Shown here: piece by piece, positions 27,470 through 37,599 of the stretch
Layout of the letters: every line of letters starts with the position of its first letter
Numbering within the stretch: position 1 is the stretch's first letter
Source: an uncultured Sulfurovum sp.
Lineage (GTDB): Bacteria > Campylobacterota > Campylobacteria > Campylobacterales > Sulfurovaceae
NCBI GenBank assembly: GCA_964515605.1
Contig: CAZEUB010000028.1
Location: 184 to 64,183, forward strand
Reading direction: 5' to 3'
DNA: 64,000 nucleotides
The notes under the pieces: model-generated
The model's input: the letters and a program-made list of their open reading frames with translations, nothing else
The model's database searches: none
What the model was told of the DNA's origin: nothing
Position numbers and translations under genes: made by a program

Positions 27470-30400
27470 ATGAGAAAAATACTCTCTATACTACTACTTT
27501 TGAGCCTCTTACTCTCTGCTCAAAATCAGAAAAATTTATGGGAAAATGTAGAAAATTTTGAAAAAAAGGGACTAATCAAAAGTGCTTTGACAGAGGTGCA
27601 AACCATCTATAAAAAAGCCAAAAAAAGAGGGGATGAAGCTACCCTGATCAAAGCCTTGCTCTACCAAGAGAAGTATCGATTCTCTCTTCAAGAAGATGAG
27701 GATCTTGTTATTATTCAAGATATAGAAAAAGAGCTAAAAGAGACCAAAAAAGAGAGTATCCGACTCATCCTAACCTCTATTCTAGCAGAACTCTATAGCA
27801 ACTATATAGAGAAGAATAGATACAAGATAGCACAGAGATCACACCTAGAGGATAATAGCTCTTTGGATATTCGCACATGGGATCTCCAACAACTGCTTCA
27901 AAAATCATCTCAACTCTATTTGAACTCATTAAAGAAGGAGGCAAAAACCATCCCCATTACCAACTACCAAGCCATCCTTCTTCCTGCACAAAATAGCCAA
28001 GATCTTCGCCCAACACTGTACGATTTTTTGGCATTTCGCGCATTGAGATACCTTAGCAATGAACGCAACTCGCTAACAACCCCTCTTCCTCTCTTCTCTA
28101 TCCGAGAAAAGGAGGCATTTGGTAGTATCAAAAGCTTTATCAAACACCACTTCAAGAGCAAAGAGAAGCGTGATCCTAAATACCAATCGCTCTTGATCTA
28201 TCAAGATCTGCTAAAATTTCATCAAAAAAGAAAAGATCAAAAAGCCCTACTACATATCAACTTTGAACGCCTAAAGTTTGTCTATCATAACTTTGTGGGA
28301 GAGAAAAAGGATAGCTACTATCTTGATGCCTTAAAGTCTCTCGATTCACAATATCCCAACAGTGAAGCACTCTACTATCTAGCAAAATACTACTTTGAGA
28401 AGGGAGCATTAAAAAAATCTCTTCGCTATGCCAATCGAGGAGTAAAAAGCCAAGATAGTTACCTCTCTTCAAAATCACAAGCGATCAAAAATCGCATAGA
28501 GGAGCAGTCTATTAGCCTCTCTATAGAGCAGGTCAATCTACCCAATGAGAATATACTAAGCAAAATTGGTTACAAAAATATCTCACAACTTACGCTACAT
28601 GTCATTAGACTCTCTTCTCAAGAGTATCGTAAGATCCAATCTCTCTATGGAGATCAACAAAAGGAGTATATCCAAACACTCAAAAGCTTCAAACATCTCA
28701 AGCTCTCTTTGCCAAAGAGAGAGGATTATAAGGAGCATACAACAGAACTCTCTTTGGGTAGCTATCCTCTAGGGATCTATCTCTTTCGTCTTGCAAAGGA
28801 TGATAACACTACTCAAAATACCATTGATAGCATCACTACCATCTCCAATCTCGCCTACTTTAACAGAGACAATCAACTGCTTGTGGTAAATCGAGCAACA
28901 GGAGAGCCTCTCAATGGTGTTGAAGCACGTTTTTACCGATCTCAATACAATAACCAGAGCAGAGAGTATCAAAGAAGCCTCATCCAGAAACAAAAGAGCA
29001 ACGCTCAAGGTATTATAGAAAAACCCAAACTCCCCCCCTCTTACTATGTTGAGTTCTATTATAATAATGATTTTTTGAGTAGTGGACATGATCTCTATAC
29101 CAATCAAAGCAGACAAGAGAGAGTCATCTCGGCACACAAACATCTCTATCTATTTACCGATAGAGCCATCTATCGCCCCTCTCAAACTCTATATTTTAAA
29201 GGGTTGGCAGTCAAACACTACCCCTCATCAAGACCAAAAATTTTGACCCATCAAACCATCAAAGTCTCTCTTTTGGATCCCAATGGCGAGAGGGTTGCAA
29301 CTAAGAGCTTCAAAACCAATGAGTTTGGTACGTTCAATGGCTCTTTTGCTCTTCCCAAAAATAGACTATTAGGAGAGATGCGTCTTGTTGCTGAGGAGGG
29401 GATTGAGGGGAGCAAAGGGGTCTATATAGAGGAGTATAAACGCCCAAAATTTGAGATAAACTTCAAGAAACCCAACAAGGAGTATCGCCTAGGAGACCAT
29501 ATCACCATTAAAGGAGAGGTCAAATCCTATGCAGGAAATGGTATCGATAATGCCAAGGTAGACTACACCATCTACCGAACTGCCCACTTCCCTTGGCACC
29601 GCTGGTGGCTACCACTTCCCCAAGCCCAAGATAGACAAATTGCCTCTGGAGAGCTAAAGAGTAATGAGAGAGGGGAGTTCAAGATCAATTTTGAAGCACT
29701 TATCGATGATACTATCCCTAAAGAGGAGAGGGCTAGTTTCACTTACAAAATTGCTGTAGATATCACAGATACAACAGGAGAGAGACACTCCAATACCTAT
29801 GAGCTTACCTTGGGATCTGTTGGCATAGAGGCCAATCTTGTGATAGAGGAGCTTCTAAACATCAATGAGGCAAAAAAACTTACCATTGAGACACACAACT
29901 TAGATGGCTCTTTTGTCCCACTTAAAGGGAAGATTGTTGTTGAGAAGTTCAAACATCCCCATACCCTCTACCGAAAACGCTACTGGCCAAGAGTCGATCA
30001 ACCTAGCTATAACAGAGCAGAATTTGAAGAGCTATTTAAACACTATGCCTATCAGGAGAGCCAAGAAGAGAGAATCAAAATCTACACGCTTAATTTTGAT
30101 ACCCAAAAGAGCAAAGAGTTACTCCTTGAGGGGCTAGAGCAGGGATCTTATCTTATAACGCTAAAAACCAAAGATCGCTATGGAACCAAGGTAGAGAAGA
30201 GCAAAAAGATTATTGTCTATGATGCTGAGAGCCAATACACCCCCTACCCTACGCACCTCTGGCAAAAACTAGATAAGAGTTCATACACCGTAGGTTCAAC
30301 TGCCATCTTGACACTCAAAAGCACTACTCCTAATAGTCATGCCTACCTCACCATCTATCGAGACGCAGAAATTATTCAAGAGCATTGGGTTGATTTTGAG

Positions 30401-33292
30401 TATTTCACCAAAATATCTATCCCCATCACCAAAGAGGATCGAGGAGATCTCCTTTATCATATCAATTTCATTAAGGATAATCGAAACCATACACAATCAG
30501 GGGTTATTCATGTTCCGTGGAGAGATCATTTGAAGATTGAGTATATCAGTTTTAGAGACAGACTCAAACCCAATGAGGAGGAGCAGTGGCGTATCAAAAT
30601 CTCAGGAGAGTCCAATGAGAAGATCCCTGCTGAGATGGTCGCAACCATCTATGATGCCTCATTAGATGCCCTACTCCCTCACAATTTTGATATACCACCT
30701 CTCTTTCCCACACACCACCATAACCACCGCTATCATTGGATGACAGATAATTTTGATGAGATTACCAAACAGCAATATTATGGGTATGATTCACAGGAGA
30801 ATATCGTTGAGCGTACCTTTTATCGACTCAACTGGTTTGGATTAACCCTCTATAGCGATTCTCCTATGCGTTATTATAGTGATGTGGCACTTGCAGAGTC
30901 CCCCATAGAGGCTCTACCTAGCCCAATCAATCCTCCCAAAAAGAGAGCGATAAAAGAGCAACCACCCTCTCTTACAATTAGAAAAAATCTCCAAGAGAGT
31001 ATCTTTTTTGATCCACACCTACGAACTAATGAGAAGGGAGAGATTGTTATCAACTTCAAAACCAATGGGGCATTGAGTCGTTGGCACTTTTTGGGCTTTG
31101 CACATAGCAAAGATCTCAAAACCGCACAGAGCCAAAAAAGCTTTGTGACCCAAAAAGAGTTGATGGTAACAACCAATCTTCCTCGATTTTTCAAAGAGGG
31201 AGATACCATTACCCTACGTGAGAAGATTGTCAATATGCGTCAAGAGGATATCCATGGGGTCTGTGAGCTACGATTAGAGAACCCCCTTACCAATCAACCA
31301 CTCTTTCCCGATCAAAACTTGTCCAAAAAGTTCAAGATCAACAAAAATAGCTCAGGAGTAGTTGCCTTTACCATCAAGATCCCCAATAGCACAAATCTAC
31401 CTGCTATAAAACATACCTTCATTGCCAAGAGTACCAAACATACCGATGCAGAGCAGACAATCATCCCCGTACTCTCTAATCGACAACTCATCACCCAAAG
31501 CAAACCGCTATGGGTCAATGGCAAAGAGGAGCGAACCTTTGCTCTGGATCTAATCAAGGAGCATAACAACACCACCCAAAAGAGCCATAGGCTTACTCTT
31601 GAGTTTAGCAGTAATCCTGCATGGTATGCTCTGCGTTCACTCCCCTATCTCATGGAGTACCCTCACGCCTCCAATGAACAACTATTTAGTCGATATTTCG
31701 CCAATGCCCTTGCCAAAAAAGTTGCCAACCAATCACCCACCATCAAGAATATCTTTGAGCAGTGGAGAGAGAAAAAAGAGCTAAAAAGCCCACTCCTTCA
31801 AAATCAACAGCTCAAATCTATCCTACTCTCACAAACCCCTTGGGTACTTGATGCCAAAAACGAAGAGGAGCAACAGCAACATCTAGGGGTGCTTTTTGAT
31901 TTAGAGAGATTAGCAAACGAGGAGCAGAAGAGCCTTGAGCAGTTAGCACAGAACCAAAATAGTGATGGGGGCTGGTCATGGTTTGTGGGGGGAGAGAGCG
32001 ATTGGTATATCACCCAATATATCGTTGAGGGCTTTGGTAAACTTAGCAAACTCGGTATCGATCAACGTAAAACCCCTAGCCTACAAAAGGCGATTAACTA
32101 TATCGATAATAAGATAGTAGCAACCTACAACAATCTAGCAAAACAAGTCGCCAAAAAAGATACCAAATACAAAAAGAACCATCTCAATAGCCTCATCATT
32201 CACTACCTCTATACACGAAGCCTCTATCCCCAAAAGATGAAGCCCAATACCCTCAAAGCCTATCGCTACTACCTCTCACAAATAGAGAACTACTGGATAG
32301 ATCAACCTCTCTATGAACAAGCGTTAATCGCCCTAACCCTCCAAGAGAAAAACCGATCCAAAAAGGCAAAAGAGATCGTCGCCTCACTCAAGGAGCGTAC
32401 CATTAAAAATGAGGAGCAGGGATATCACTTTAAATACCCTCATGGTTTTAGGTGGAATCAGATGCCCATTGAGACCCATGCCATGATGATTGAGCTTTTT
32501 GAGCAACTTACCAATGACAAACGCTATATTCAAAATCTTAAAAAGTGGTTACTCAAGAAGAGACAAGTCAACCATTGGTCAACCACCAAAGCCACCACAT
32601 CAGCCATCTATTCACTTCTCTCAAAAGGAGAGTGGTTCAAAGAGAATCGTATGGTAGATATTCACTTTGACCACGCTACAGAGTATCAACCCATCATAGA
32701 GAGAGCCAAAGCCTTAGCCAAGAGAGGAAGTGGCTATTTTCAAGCCACTTTTGATAAGTTAGAGAGCAACCTCTCCTCTATCACAATCAAAAACCCCAAT
32801 TCAAATGCAGCTTGGGGAGGGATCTACTACCAATACTTTGCCTCACCCAAAGAGCTAACCTCCTCTAGTAACACCCCATTAAAGATCAACAGAGATCTCT
32901 ATCTAATCCAAAAGAGAAAAAACAAAGAGCAACTAATCGCTCTCAAAAAAGCACCCCTACATGTAGGGGATAAGATCAGAGTTCGCATTACCCTTCAACT
33001 TGATCGTGATATGGAGTATCTCATGCTCAAAGATAATAGAGCCTCTGCTCTTGAACCACTTCATACCTTGAGCCAATATCGATGGCAAGATGGTGTAGGA
33101 TACTATGAAAACATCAAGGAGAGTGCTACCTACTTCTTTTTTGATCATCTTGCTCGTGGGACATATCTCTTTGAGTACTCTCTTTTTGTGACACACAAGG
33201 GTCAATTCGATGGAGGTATTGCTACGATAGAGAGTCTCTACGCACCTGAGTTTAGAGCAAACAGTAAAGGGATAGAGATCTATGTTGAGTGA
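27470..33292 (+). CDS. Alpha-2-macroglobulin family protein (thioester Cys absent)
   Basis: Sec signal; MG2 FTDRAIYRP, EEYKRPKF, IRKNLQESIFF, LPRFFKEGD, QNSDGGWSWF, YAPEF. Thioester site reads YPHASNEQ. AAGGA SD supports ATG 27470. Confidence 0.9.
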   Translation: MRKILSILLLLSLLLSAQNQKNLWENVENFEKKGLIKSALTEVQTIYKKAKKRGDEATLIKALLYQEKYRFSLQEDEDLVIIQDIEKELKETKKESIRLILTSILAELYSNYIEKNRYKIAQRSHLEDNSSLDIRTWDLQQLLQKSSQLYLNSLKKEAKTIPITNYQAILLPAQNSQDLRPTLYDFLAFRALRYLSNERNSLTTPLPLFSIREKEAFGSIKSFIKHHFKSKEKRDPKYQSLLIYQDLLKFHQKRKDQKALLHINFERLKFVYHNFVGEKKDSYYLDALKSLDSQYPNSEALYYLAKYYFEKGALKKSLRYANRGVKSQDSYLSSKSQAIKNRIEEQSISLSIEQVNLPNENILSKIGYKNISQLTLHVIRLSSQEYRKIQSLYGDQQKEYIQTLKSFKHLKLSLPKREDYKEHTTELSLGSYPLGIYLFRLAKDDNTTQNTIDSITTISNLAYFNRDNQLLVVNRATGEPLNGVEARFYRSQYNNQSREYQRSLIQKQKSNAQGIIEKPKLPPSYYVEFYYNNDFLSSGHDLYTNQSRQERVISAHKHLYLFTDRAIYRPSQTLYFKGLAVKHYPSSRPKILTHQTIKVSLLDPNGERVATKSFKTNEFGTFNGSFALPKNRLLGEMRLVAEEGIEGSKGVYIEEYKRPKFEINFKKPNKEYRLGDHITIKGEVKSYAGNGIDNAKVDYTIYRTAHFPWHRWWLPLPQAQDRQIASGELKSNERGEFKINFEALIDDTIPKEERASFTYKIAVDITDTTGERHSNTYELTLGSVGIEANLVIEELLNINEAKKLTIETHNLDGSFVPLKGKIVVEKFKHPHTLYRKRYWPRVDQPSYNRAEFEELFKHYAYQESQEERIKIYTLNFDTQKSKELLLEGLEQGSYLITLKTKDRYGTKVEKSKKIIVYDAESQYTPYPTHLWQKLDKSSYTVGSTAILTLKSTTPNSHAYLTIYRDAEIIQEHWVDFEYFTKISIPITKEDRGDLLYHINFIKDNRNHTQSGVIHVPWRDHLKIEYISFRDRLKPNEEEQWRIKISGESNEKIPAEMVATIYDASLDALLPHNFDIPPLFPTHHHNHRYHWMTDNFDEITKQQYYGYDSQENIVERTFYRLNWFGLTLYSDSPMRYYSDVALAESPIEALPSPINPPKKRAIKEQPPSLTIRKNLQESIFFDPHLRTNEKGEIVINFKTNGALSRWHFLGFAHSKDLKTAQSQKSFVTQKELMVTTNLPRFFKEGDTITLREKIVNMRQEDIHGVCELRLENPLTNQPLFPDQNLSKKFKINKNSSGVVAFTIKIPNSTNLPAIKHTFIAKSTKHTDAEQTIIPVLSNRQLITQSKPLWVNGKEERTFALDLIKEHNNTTQKSHRLTLEFSSNPAWYALRSLPYLMEYPHASNEQLFSRYFANALAKKVANQSPTIKNIFEQWREKKELKSPLLQNQQLKSILLSQTPWVLDAKNEEEQQQHLGVLFDLERLANEEQKSLEQLAQNQNSDGGWSWFVGGESDWYITQYIVEGFGKLSKLGIDQRKTPSLQKAINYIDNKIVATYNNLAKQVAKKDTKYKKNHLNSLIIHYLYTRSLYPQKMKPNTLKAYRYYLSQIENYWIDQPLYEQALIALTLQEKNRSKKAKEIVASLKERTIKNEEQGYHFKYPHGFRWNQMPIETHAMMIELFEQLTNDKRYIQNLKKWLLKKRQVNHWSTTKATTSAIYSLLSKGEWFKENRMVDIHFDHATEYQPIIERAKALAKRGSGYFQATFDKLESNLSSITIKNPNSNAAWGGIYYQYFASPKELTSSSNTPLKINRDLYLIQKRKNKEQLIALKKAPLHVGDKIRVRITLQLDRDMEYLMLKDNRASALEPLHTLSQYRWQDGVGYYENIKESATYFFFDHLARGTYLFEYSLFVTHKGQFDGGIATIESLYAPEFRANSKGIEIYVE

Positions 33293-33300
33293 GAATATCG

Positions 33301-34137
33301 CTAAAAAATTATCGTCTTATTCCCATACACAAATACCCGATCATTAAGCACCAAGCTTAAGGCACGAGAGAGAACAATCTTCTCTACATCTCGTCCTGCT
33401 CTTTGCATATCCCGCCACTCAAAACGATGGTTGACAGGAATAACATCTTGTGCAATAATAGGTCCCTCATCAAGATCATTGGTCACAAAATGAGCCGTTG
33501 CTCCAATAATCTTAACTCCTCGCTCGTATGCTTGTTTGTAGGGATTTGCCCCGATGAAGGCGGGAAGAAAAGAGTGGTGAATATTGATAATCTGCTGAGC
33601 GTAGTGCGAGACAAACGTAGGGGTTAAGATACGCATATATTTTGCCAAAACAATCAGATCGAAGCGATGCTGATCGATAAGATCCATCATCAAGCGCTCA
33701 TGCTCCTCTCGACTCATCCCCTCTGCTGAGATATGAAAGAAAGGGATATCAAAACGACGTACGAGTGGCTCTAGTGTGTTATGATTAGCAATAACAGCCT
33801 CAATATCAGCATCCAACTCTCCTGCCTCATGACGCACCAAGATATCCCCCAAAGCGTGAGACTCCTTGGTTGCAAGAATGACAATTTTTTTGCGTTTTGG
33901 AGCAATGACTTGCAAATTAGCATCTGCGGGGATCACCTCATAGAGTGCCTCTTTTAGCTCCGCTATATCAAAAGCACCTGTTACAACCGTACGCATAAAG
34001 AATCTCTTTTGCTCTTTGTCTACAAACTCTCGGTTATTTTCAATATTAAGCTCTCGATCATAAAAGACTTTTGAGATCTTGTAGACCAACCCCTTGGCAT
34101 CTGTACAATCTATTAGTACCCTTACACGCTGTTCCAT
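33301..34137 (-). CDS. purU: Formyltetrahydrofolate deformylase
   Basis: ACT N-terminus, VLAKYMRIL, NIHHSFLPAF.GA.PY, LDEGPII. Confidence 0.95.
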   Translation of the reverse strand: MEQRVRVLIDCTDAKGLVYKISKVFYDRELNIENNREFVDKEQKRFFMRTVVTGAFDIAELKEALYEVIPADANLQVIAPKRKKIVILATKESHALGDILVRHEAGELDADIEAVIANHNTLEPLVRRFDIPFFHISAEGMSREEHERLMMDLIDQHRFDLIVLAKYMRILTPTFVSHYAQQIINIHHSFLPAFIGANPYKQAYERGVKIIGATAHFVTNDLDEGPIIAQDVIPVNHRFEWRDMQRAGRDVEKIVLSRALSLVLNDRVFVYGNKTIIF

Positions 34138-34174
34138 ATTGTTCCTAGTTTTTTGAAGGAATTATAGCCGTTTA

Positions 34175-35248
34175 TTAATTTCTATCCAAGCAGTTTAGGT
34201 CACTATAGGCCTGTTCTAACCGTTTAACCATCCCCTTCTCTCCCTCTCTGAGCCACTTTCTTGGATCATAATACTTTTTGTTGGGCTTCTCTTCTCCTTC
34301 GGGGTTCCCAATTTGTCCTTGAAGATAGGCATGATACTGTCCAACATACCCTCGTACCCCATCCCAGAATGCCCACTGGGTATCGGTATCGATATTCATC
34401 TTGACTACCCCATACTCAATCGCCTCTCGAATCTCCTCTAGTGTAGATCCTGAACCACCATGAAAGACAAAATCAACTGGTCTCTCTGAGGTGTTGTGCT
34501 TCTCTTGAATATACTTTTGGGAGTTGTCCAAAATAGTTGGGGTAAGTACCACATTACCAGGCTTATAAACCCCATGAACATTACCAAAAGAGGCAGCAAT
34601 GGTAAACATGTCAGATACCTTTTTTAGCTCCTCATAGGCATAGGCTACCTCTTCGGGTTGTGTATAGAGTAGCGTATTATCGACATCAGTGTTGTCTACA
34701 CCATCCTCTTCTCCTCCTGTAACGCCTAGCTCAATCTCTAATGTAATACCCAACCTACTCATACGCTCCAAATAGCTCTTGCAAGTTGCAATATTCTCCT
34801 CAATAGGCTCCTCTGAGAGATCAATCATATGAGAGGAGAAGAGAGCTTTGCCATACGCCTCAAAATGCTTCTCGCTCTCCTCTAAAAGAGCATCAATCCA
34901 TGGAAGAAGCTTTCGTGCCGCATGATCTGTATGTAACAAAACAGGAACCCCATAGGCTTTGGCTAGAGTATGCACATGCTTGGCTCCTGAGATAGTTCCT
35001 AATACTGCACGCTCTTCACTACTTAACCCCTTACCTGCATAGAAATCACCTCCACCATTGGAGAACTGAATAATAACAGGAGAATTTACCTTTGCCGCCG
35101 CCTCAAGTGTGGCATTAATTGAGGAGCTTCCTACCACATTTACTGCGGGAATTGCAAACCCTTCTGCTTTGGCAATAGCAAATAGCCGTTGCACCTCATC
35201 ACCACTTAATACACCACTCGGAAGAAGATCCAATACTTTTTGAGCCAT
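34175..35248 (-). CDS. fbaA: Class II fructose-bisphosphate aldolase
   Basis: HTDHA, SSHMIDLS, ELGVTGGEEDG, GNVHGVY, FHGGSG, KMNIDTD. Confidence 0.97.
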   Translation of the reverse strand: MAQKVLDLLPSGVLSGDEVQRLFAIAKAEGFAIPAVNVVGSSSINATLEAAAKVNSPVIIQFSNGGGDFYAGKGLSSEERAVLGTISGAKHVHTLAKAYGVPVLLHTDHAARKLLPWIDALLEESEKHFEAYGKALFSSHMIDLSEEPIEENIATCKSYLERMSRLGITLEIELGVTGGEEDGVDNTDVDNTLLYTQPEEVAYAYEELKKVSDMFTIAASFGNVHGVYKPGNVVLTPTILDNSQKYIQEKHNTSERPVDFVFHGGSGSTLEEIREAIEYGVVKMNIDTDTQWAFWDGVRGYVGQYHAYLQGQIGNPEGEEKPNKKYYDPRKWLREGEKGMVKRLEQAYSDLNCLDRN

Positions 35249-35273
35249 ATTTTTTAACCTTTAATTTTTGATT

Positions 35274-36086
35274 TTATTTTATTGTAATTTTTGCAGATTG
35301 TCTCAGATTTTGACTTAAAATTTTCAGACTTTGTTTAAATTTTTCTAACTTAAGAGAGGTGGCGATGCTCTCTTTGACCTTCTCATAAGGGATTTTCCCT
35401 GATGGTCGTTTATCGGTAAGATAGATAATATGGTAACCAAAATGTGTCTTGACAGGGGTTGTGGTAATCTCACCTATATTTAATGCCAATGCGGCATTGG
35501 AGAACTCAGGCACCATTTGATCTTGGCTAAACCACCCCAAGTCCCCACCATTTTTACTACTAGGACCAGTAGAGCGTTCATGTGCTAGTTGAATAAACCG
35601 CTCTTTGAGATTGCGACTTCGTTGCAACTCTTTGATAATCTCTTTTGCTTCGCTCTCTGTTGAGACCAAGATATGTCGAGCAGAAGCTGCTGCCTCTTGA
35701 TAAAATTTATGAGTATGCTTTTGGTAATAGTCACGAATCTCACGCTCATCTATCAGGATTGCATCTAGTCGTTTTTTCATCCAGATATCCAACATAAGAT
35801 TCTCTTGAACCTTAATCAATGCCGTTTTATAAGCGATATCATTCTCGATTCCCTCTTGCTTGGCAACTTCAATATAGAGTGCGCGATCCACCAACTGATC
35901 AACTACTTTTCGTTTCTGTTTAAAACTCATAGAGGAGTATCTCGCACCAGGGATACTTTTGGCGATAAAGGTATCAATATCATTTCGAGTAATCTTTTTA
36001 CCATTGACTTGTGCAACGATTTCAGAGGAGATAAGCGTAAGTGTAGAGAGGAGAGATATCAACAAAATCTTAAATATAATATTCAT
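35274..36086 (-). CDS. Parvulin-type periplasmic PPIase/chaperone (PEB4/Cbf2-like)
   Basis: ARHILV, GGDLGWF, MVPEF, FGYHII; nth-PEB4-fba synteny as in Campylobacter. Confidence 0.88.
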   Translation of the reverse strand: MNIIFKILLISLLSTLTLISSEIVAQVNGKKITRNDIDTFIAKSIPGARYSSMSFKQKRKVVDQLVDRALYIEVAKQEGIENDIAYKTALIKVQENLMLDIWMKKRLDAILIDEREIRDYYQKHTHKFYQEAAASARHILVSTESEAKEIIKELQRSRNLKERFIQLAHERSTGPSSKNGGDLGWFSQDQMVPEFSNAALALNIGEITTTPVKTHFGYHIIYLTDKRPSGKIPYEKVKESIATSLKLEKFKQSLKILSQNLRQSAKITIK

Positions 36087-36215
36087 ACTAGAGCCATTCC
36101 TTATTATAAAAGTAAATTTTCTAAAAAAACATATTTTAACCATTATATCTTAAAATGATAAATGATTGGTAAACAATTTTATCTTAGTTTAAGTAACGCT
36201 CTATACCATACACCT

Positions 36216-36866
36216 ATGAAAAAAGTAAAAAAAGCAACCAAAAAAGAGATCGAATCGATCAAAGCACTTCTCTTAGAACACTACCCCCACTCAGAGACAG
36301 AACTAAACTATACCAACCTCTATGAGTTACTTGTCTCAGTCATGCTCTCTGCACAATGTACCGATAGACGGGTGAATATTATCACCCCCGCACTCTTTGC
36401 TAACTATCCTGATCCTATGAGCTTAGCCAATGCCAATATCGAAGAGATCAAGATGATTATCAAGAGTTGCTCTTTTTATAACAACAAAGCCAAAAACTTA
36501 ATAAAAATGGCACAATCTGTTGTAGAGAACTACCAAGGAGAGATCCCCCTATCCCCCAAGGAGCTAATCAAACTTGCAGGAGTAGGACAGAAGACTGCAA
36601 ATGTTGTCATGATTGAGTATACAGGAGCCAATCTTATGGCAGTCGATACCCATGTCTTTCGGGTTGCACATCGATTAGGTTTAAGTGACGACAAAACCGC
36701 CACACAGACAGAAGCAACACTTAGCAAAAAGTTCAAAACCGATCTACATCTACTCCATCAAGCGATGGTACTCTTTGGGCGTTATCGGTGCAAAGCACTC
36801 AAACCTGAATGCGAAGACTGTTTCCTCTCTCAATATTGCCGTACAAATGAGACTTTTAAAGTTTAA
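36216..36866 (+). CDS. nth: Endonuclease III
   Basis: LSAQCTD, HhH LAGVGQKTANV, VDTHVFRV, 4Fe-4S motif C-x6-C-x2-C-x5-C. Confidence 0.95.
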   Translation: MKKVKKATKKEIESIKALLLEHYPHSETELNYTNLYELLVSVMLSAQCTDRRVNIITPALFANYPDPMSLANANIEEIKMIIKSCSFYNNKAKNLIKMAQSVVENYQGEIPLSPKELIKLAGVGQKTANVVMIEYTGANLMAVDTHVFRVAHRLGLSDDKTATQTEATLSKKFKTDLHLLHQAMVLFGRYRCKALKPECEDCFLSQYCRTNETFKV

Positions 36867-36936
36867 GTTGGGGGGGATTACTAGTAGGGTGTGTTTTCCA
36901 ACACATTAATAAAATGATATTTGAAATTTATATATT

Positions 36937-37599
36937 TTATTTGACTAGATCAAAATTAAAATACGCTCTCTTATAGGGTTCATTACGCAAAGTAAAATGC
37001 CACCACTCCTCTTTGAGAGATTTGAAACCATGCTGTAGCATAATGGTATGCAGTAGCATACGATTAGCACGCTGTTGAGGGGTAATCTCCAAACTTTGAA
37101 CCCATGACCGCTTATCAAATAGATCAAAAGAGCTTCCCATATCTAGCTCTTGGTGTGTGCGTAGATCAATAAGGGTTAAATCCACCGTGCTTCCTCGGCT
37201 ATGCCCTGATTTTTTGGCGATATAACCCTCCTTAAAAAGATCCCTCTTAGCAACATTGGGATAGTAATACTCTTTCATCTTGGTATCATTGAGATCTCTT
37301 CCCCACCTAACAAAATGATCCACTGCCTTTTGTGGTCGATAGGCATCAAAAACCTTCAATCCCAATCCAAAAGGTTTCAGTGATGATTGAACTCTCTTGA
37401 GTGCCATTGTTGCCTCTTGGGTCAATATTGCAGTAGGTGCAAGATAGCCATCAATTGGCTTACCGATAAAGTTATTCTCTCCATAATAGCGTATCTCCAA
37501 AACGATTGAGGGAATAACCTTTTCAATATGTAAAAATTTTGGAGGCATGGCGTCTAATAACTGCAAACATAATCCTATCAATATCACTACTCTATTCAC
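36937..37599 (-). CDS. ddpX: D-alanyl-D-alanine dipeptidase (M15D, VanX/DdpX family), exported
   Basis: DAYRPQ, SGHSRGSTVDLT, EWWHF. Confidence 0.9.
   Translation of the reverse strand: MNRVVILIGLCLQLLDAMPPKFLHIEKVIPSIVLEIRYYGENNFIGKPIDGYLAPTAILTQEATMALKRVQSSLKPFGLGLKVFDAYRPQKAVDHFVRWGRDLNDTKMKEYYYPNVAKRDLFKEGYIAKKSGHSRGSTVDLTLIDLRTHQELDMGSSFDLFDKRSWVQSLEITPQQRANRMLLHTIMLQHGFKSLKEEWWHFTLRNEPYKRAYFNFDLVK

Noticed and set aside
36870..36876. G7 tract as a phase-variation site
   Set aside because: It is short and lies in the 3' gap between convergent genes, not in a CDS or promoter.
36937..37599. VanX-like gene as vancomycin resistance
   Set aside because: No vanH/vanA/vanRS. Stand-alone DdpX-type dipeptidases are common in Gram-negative bacteria.
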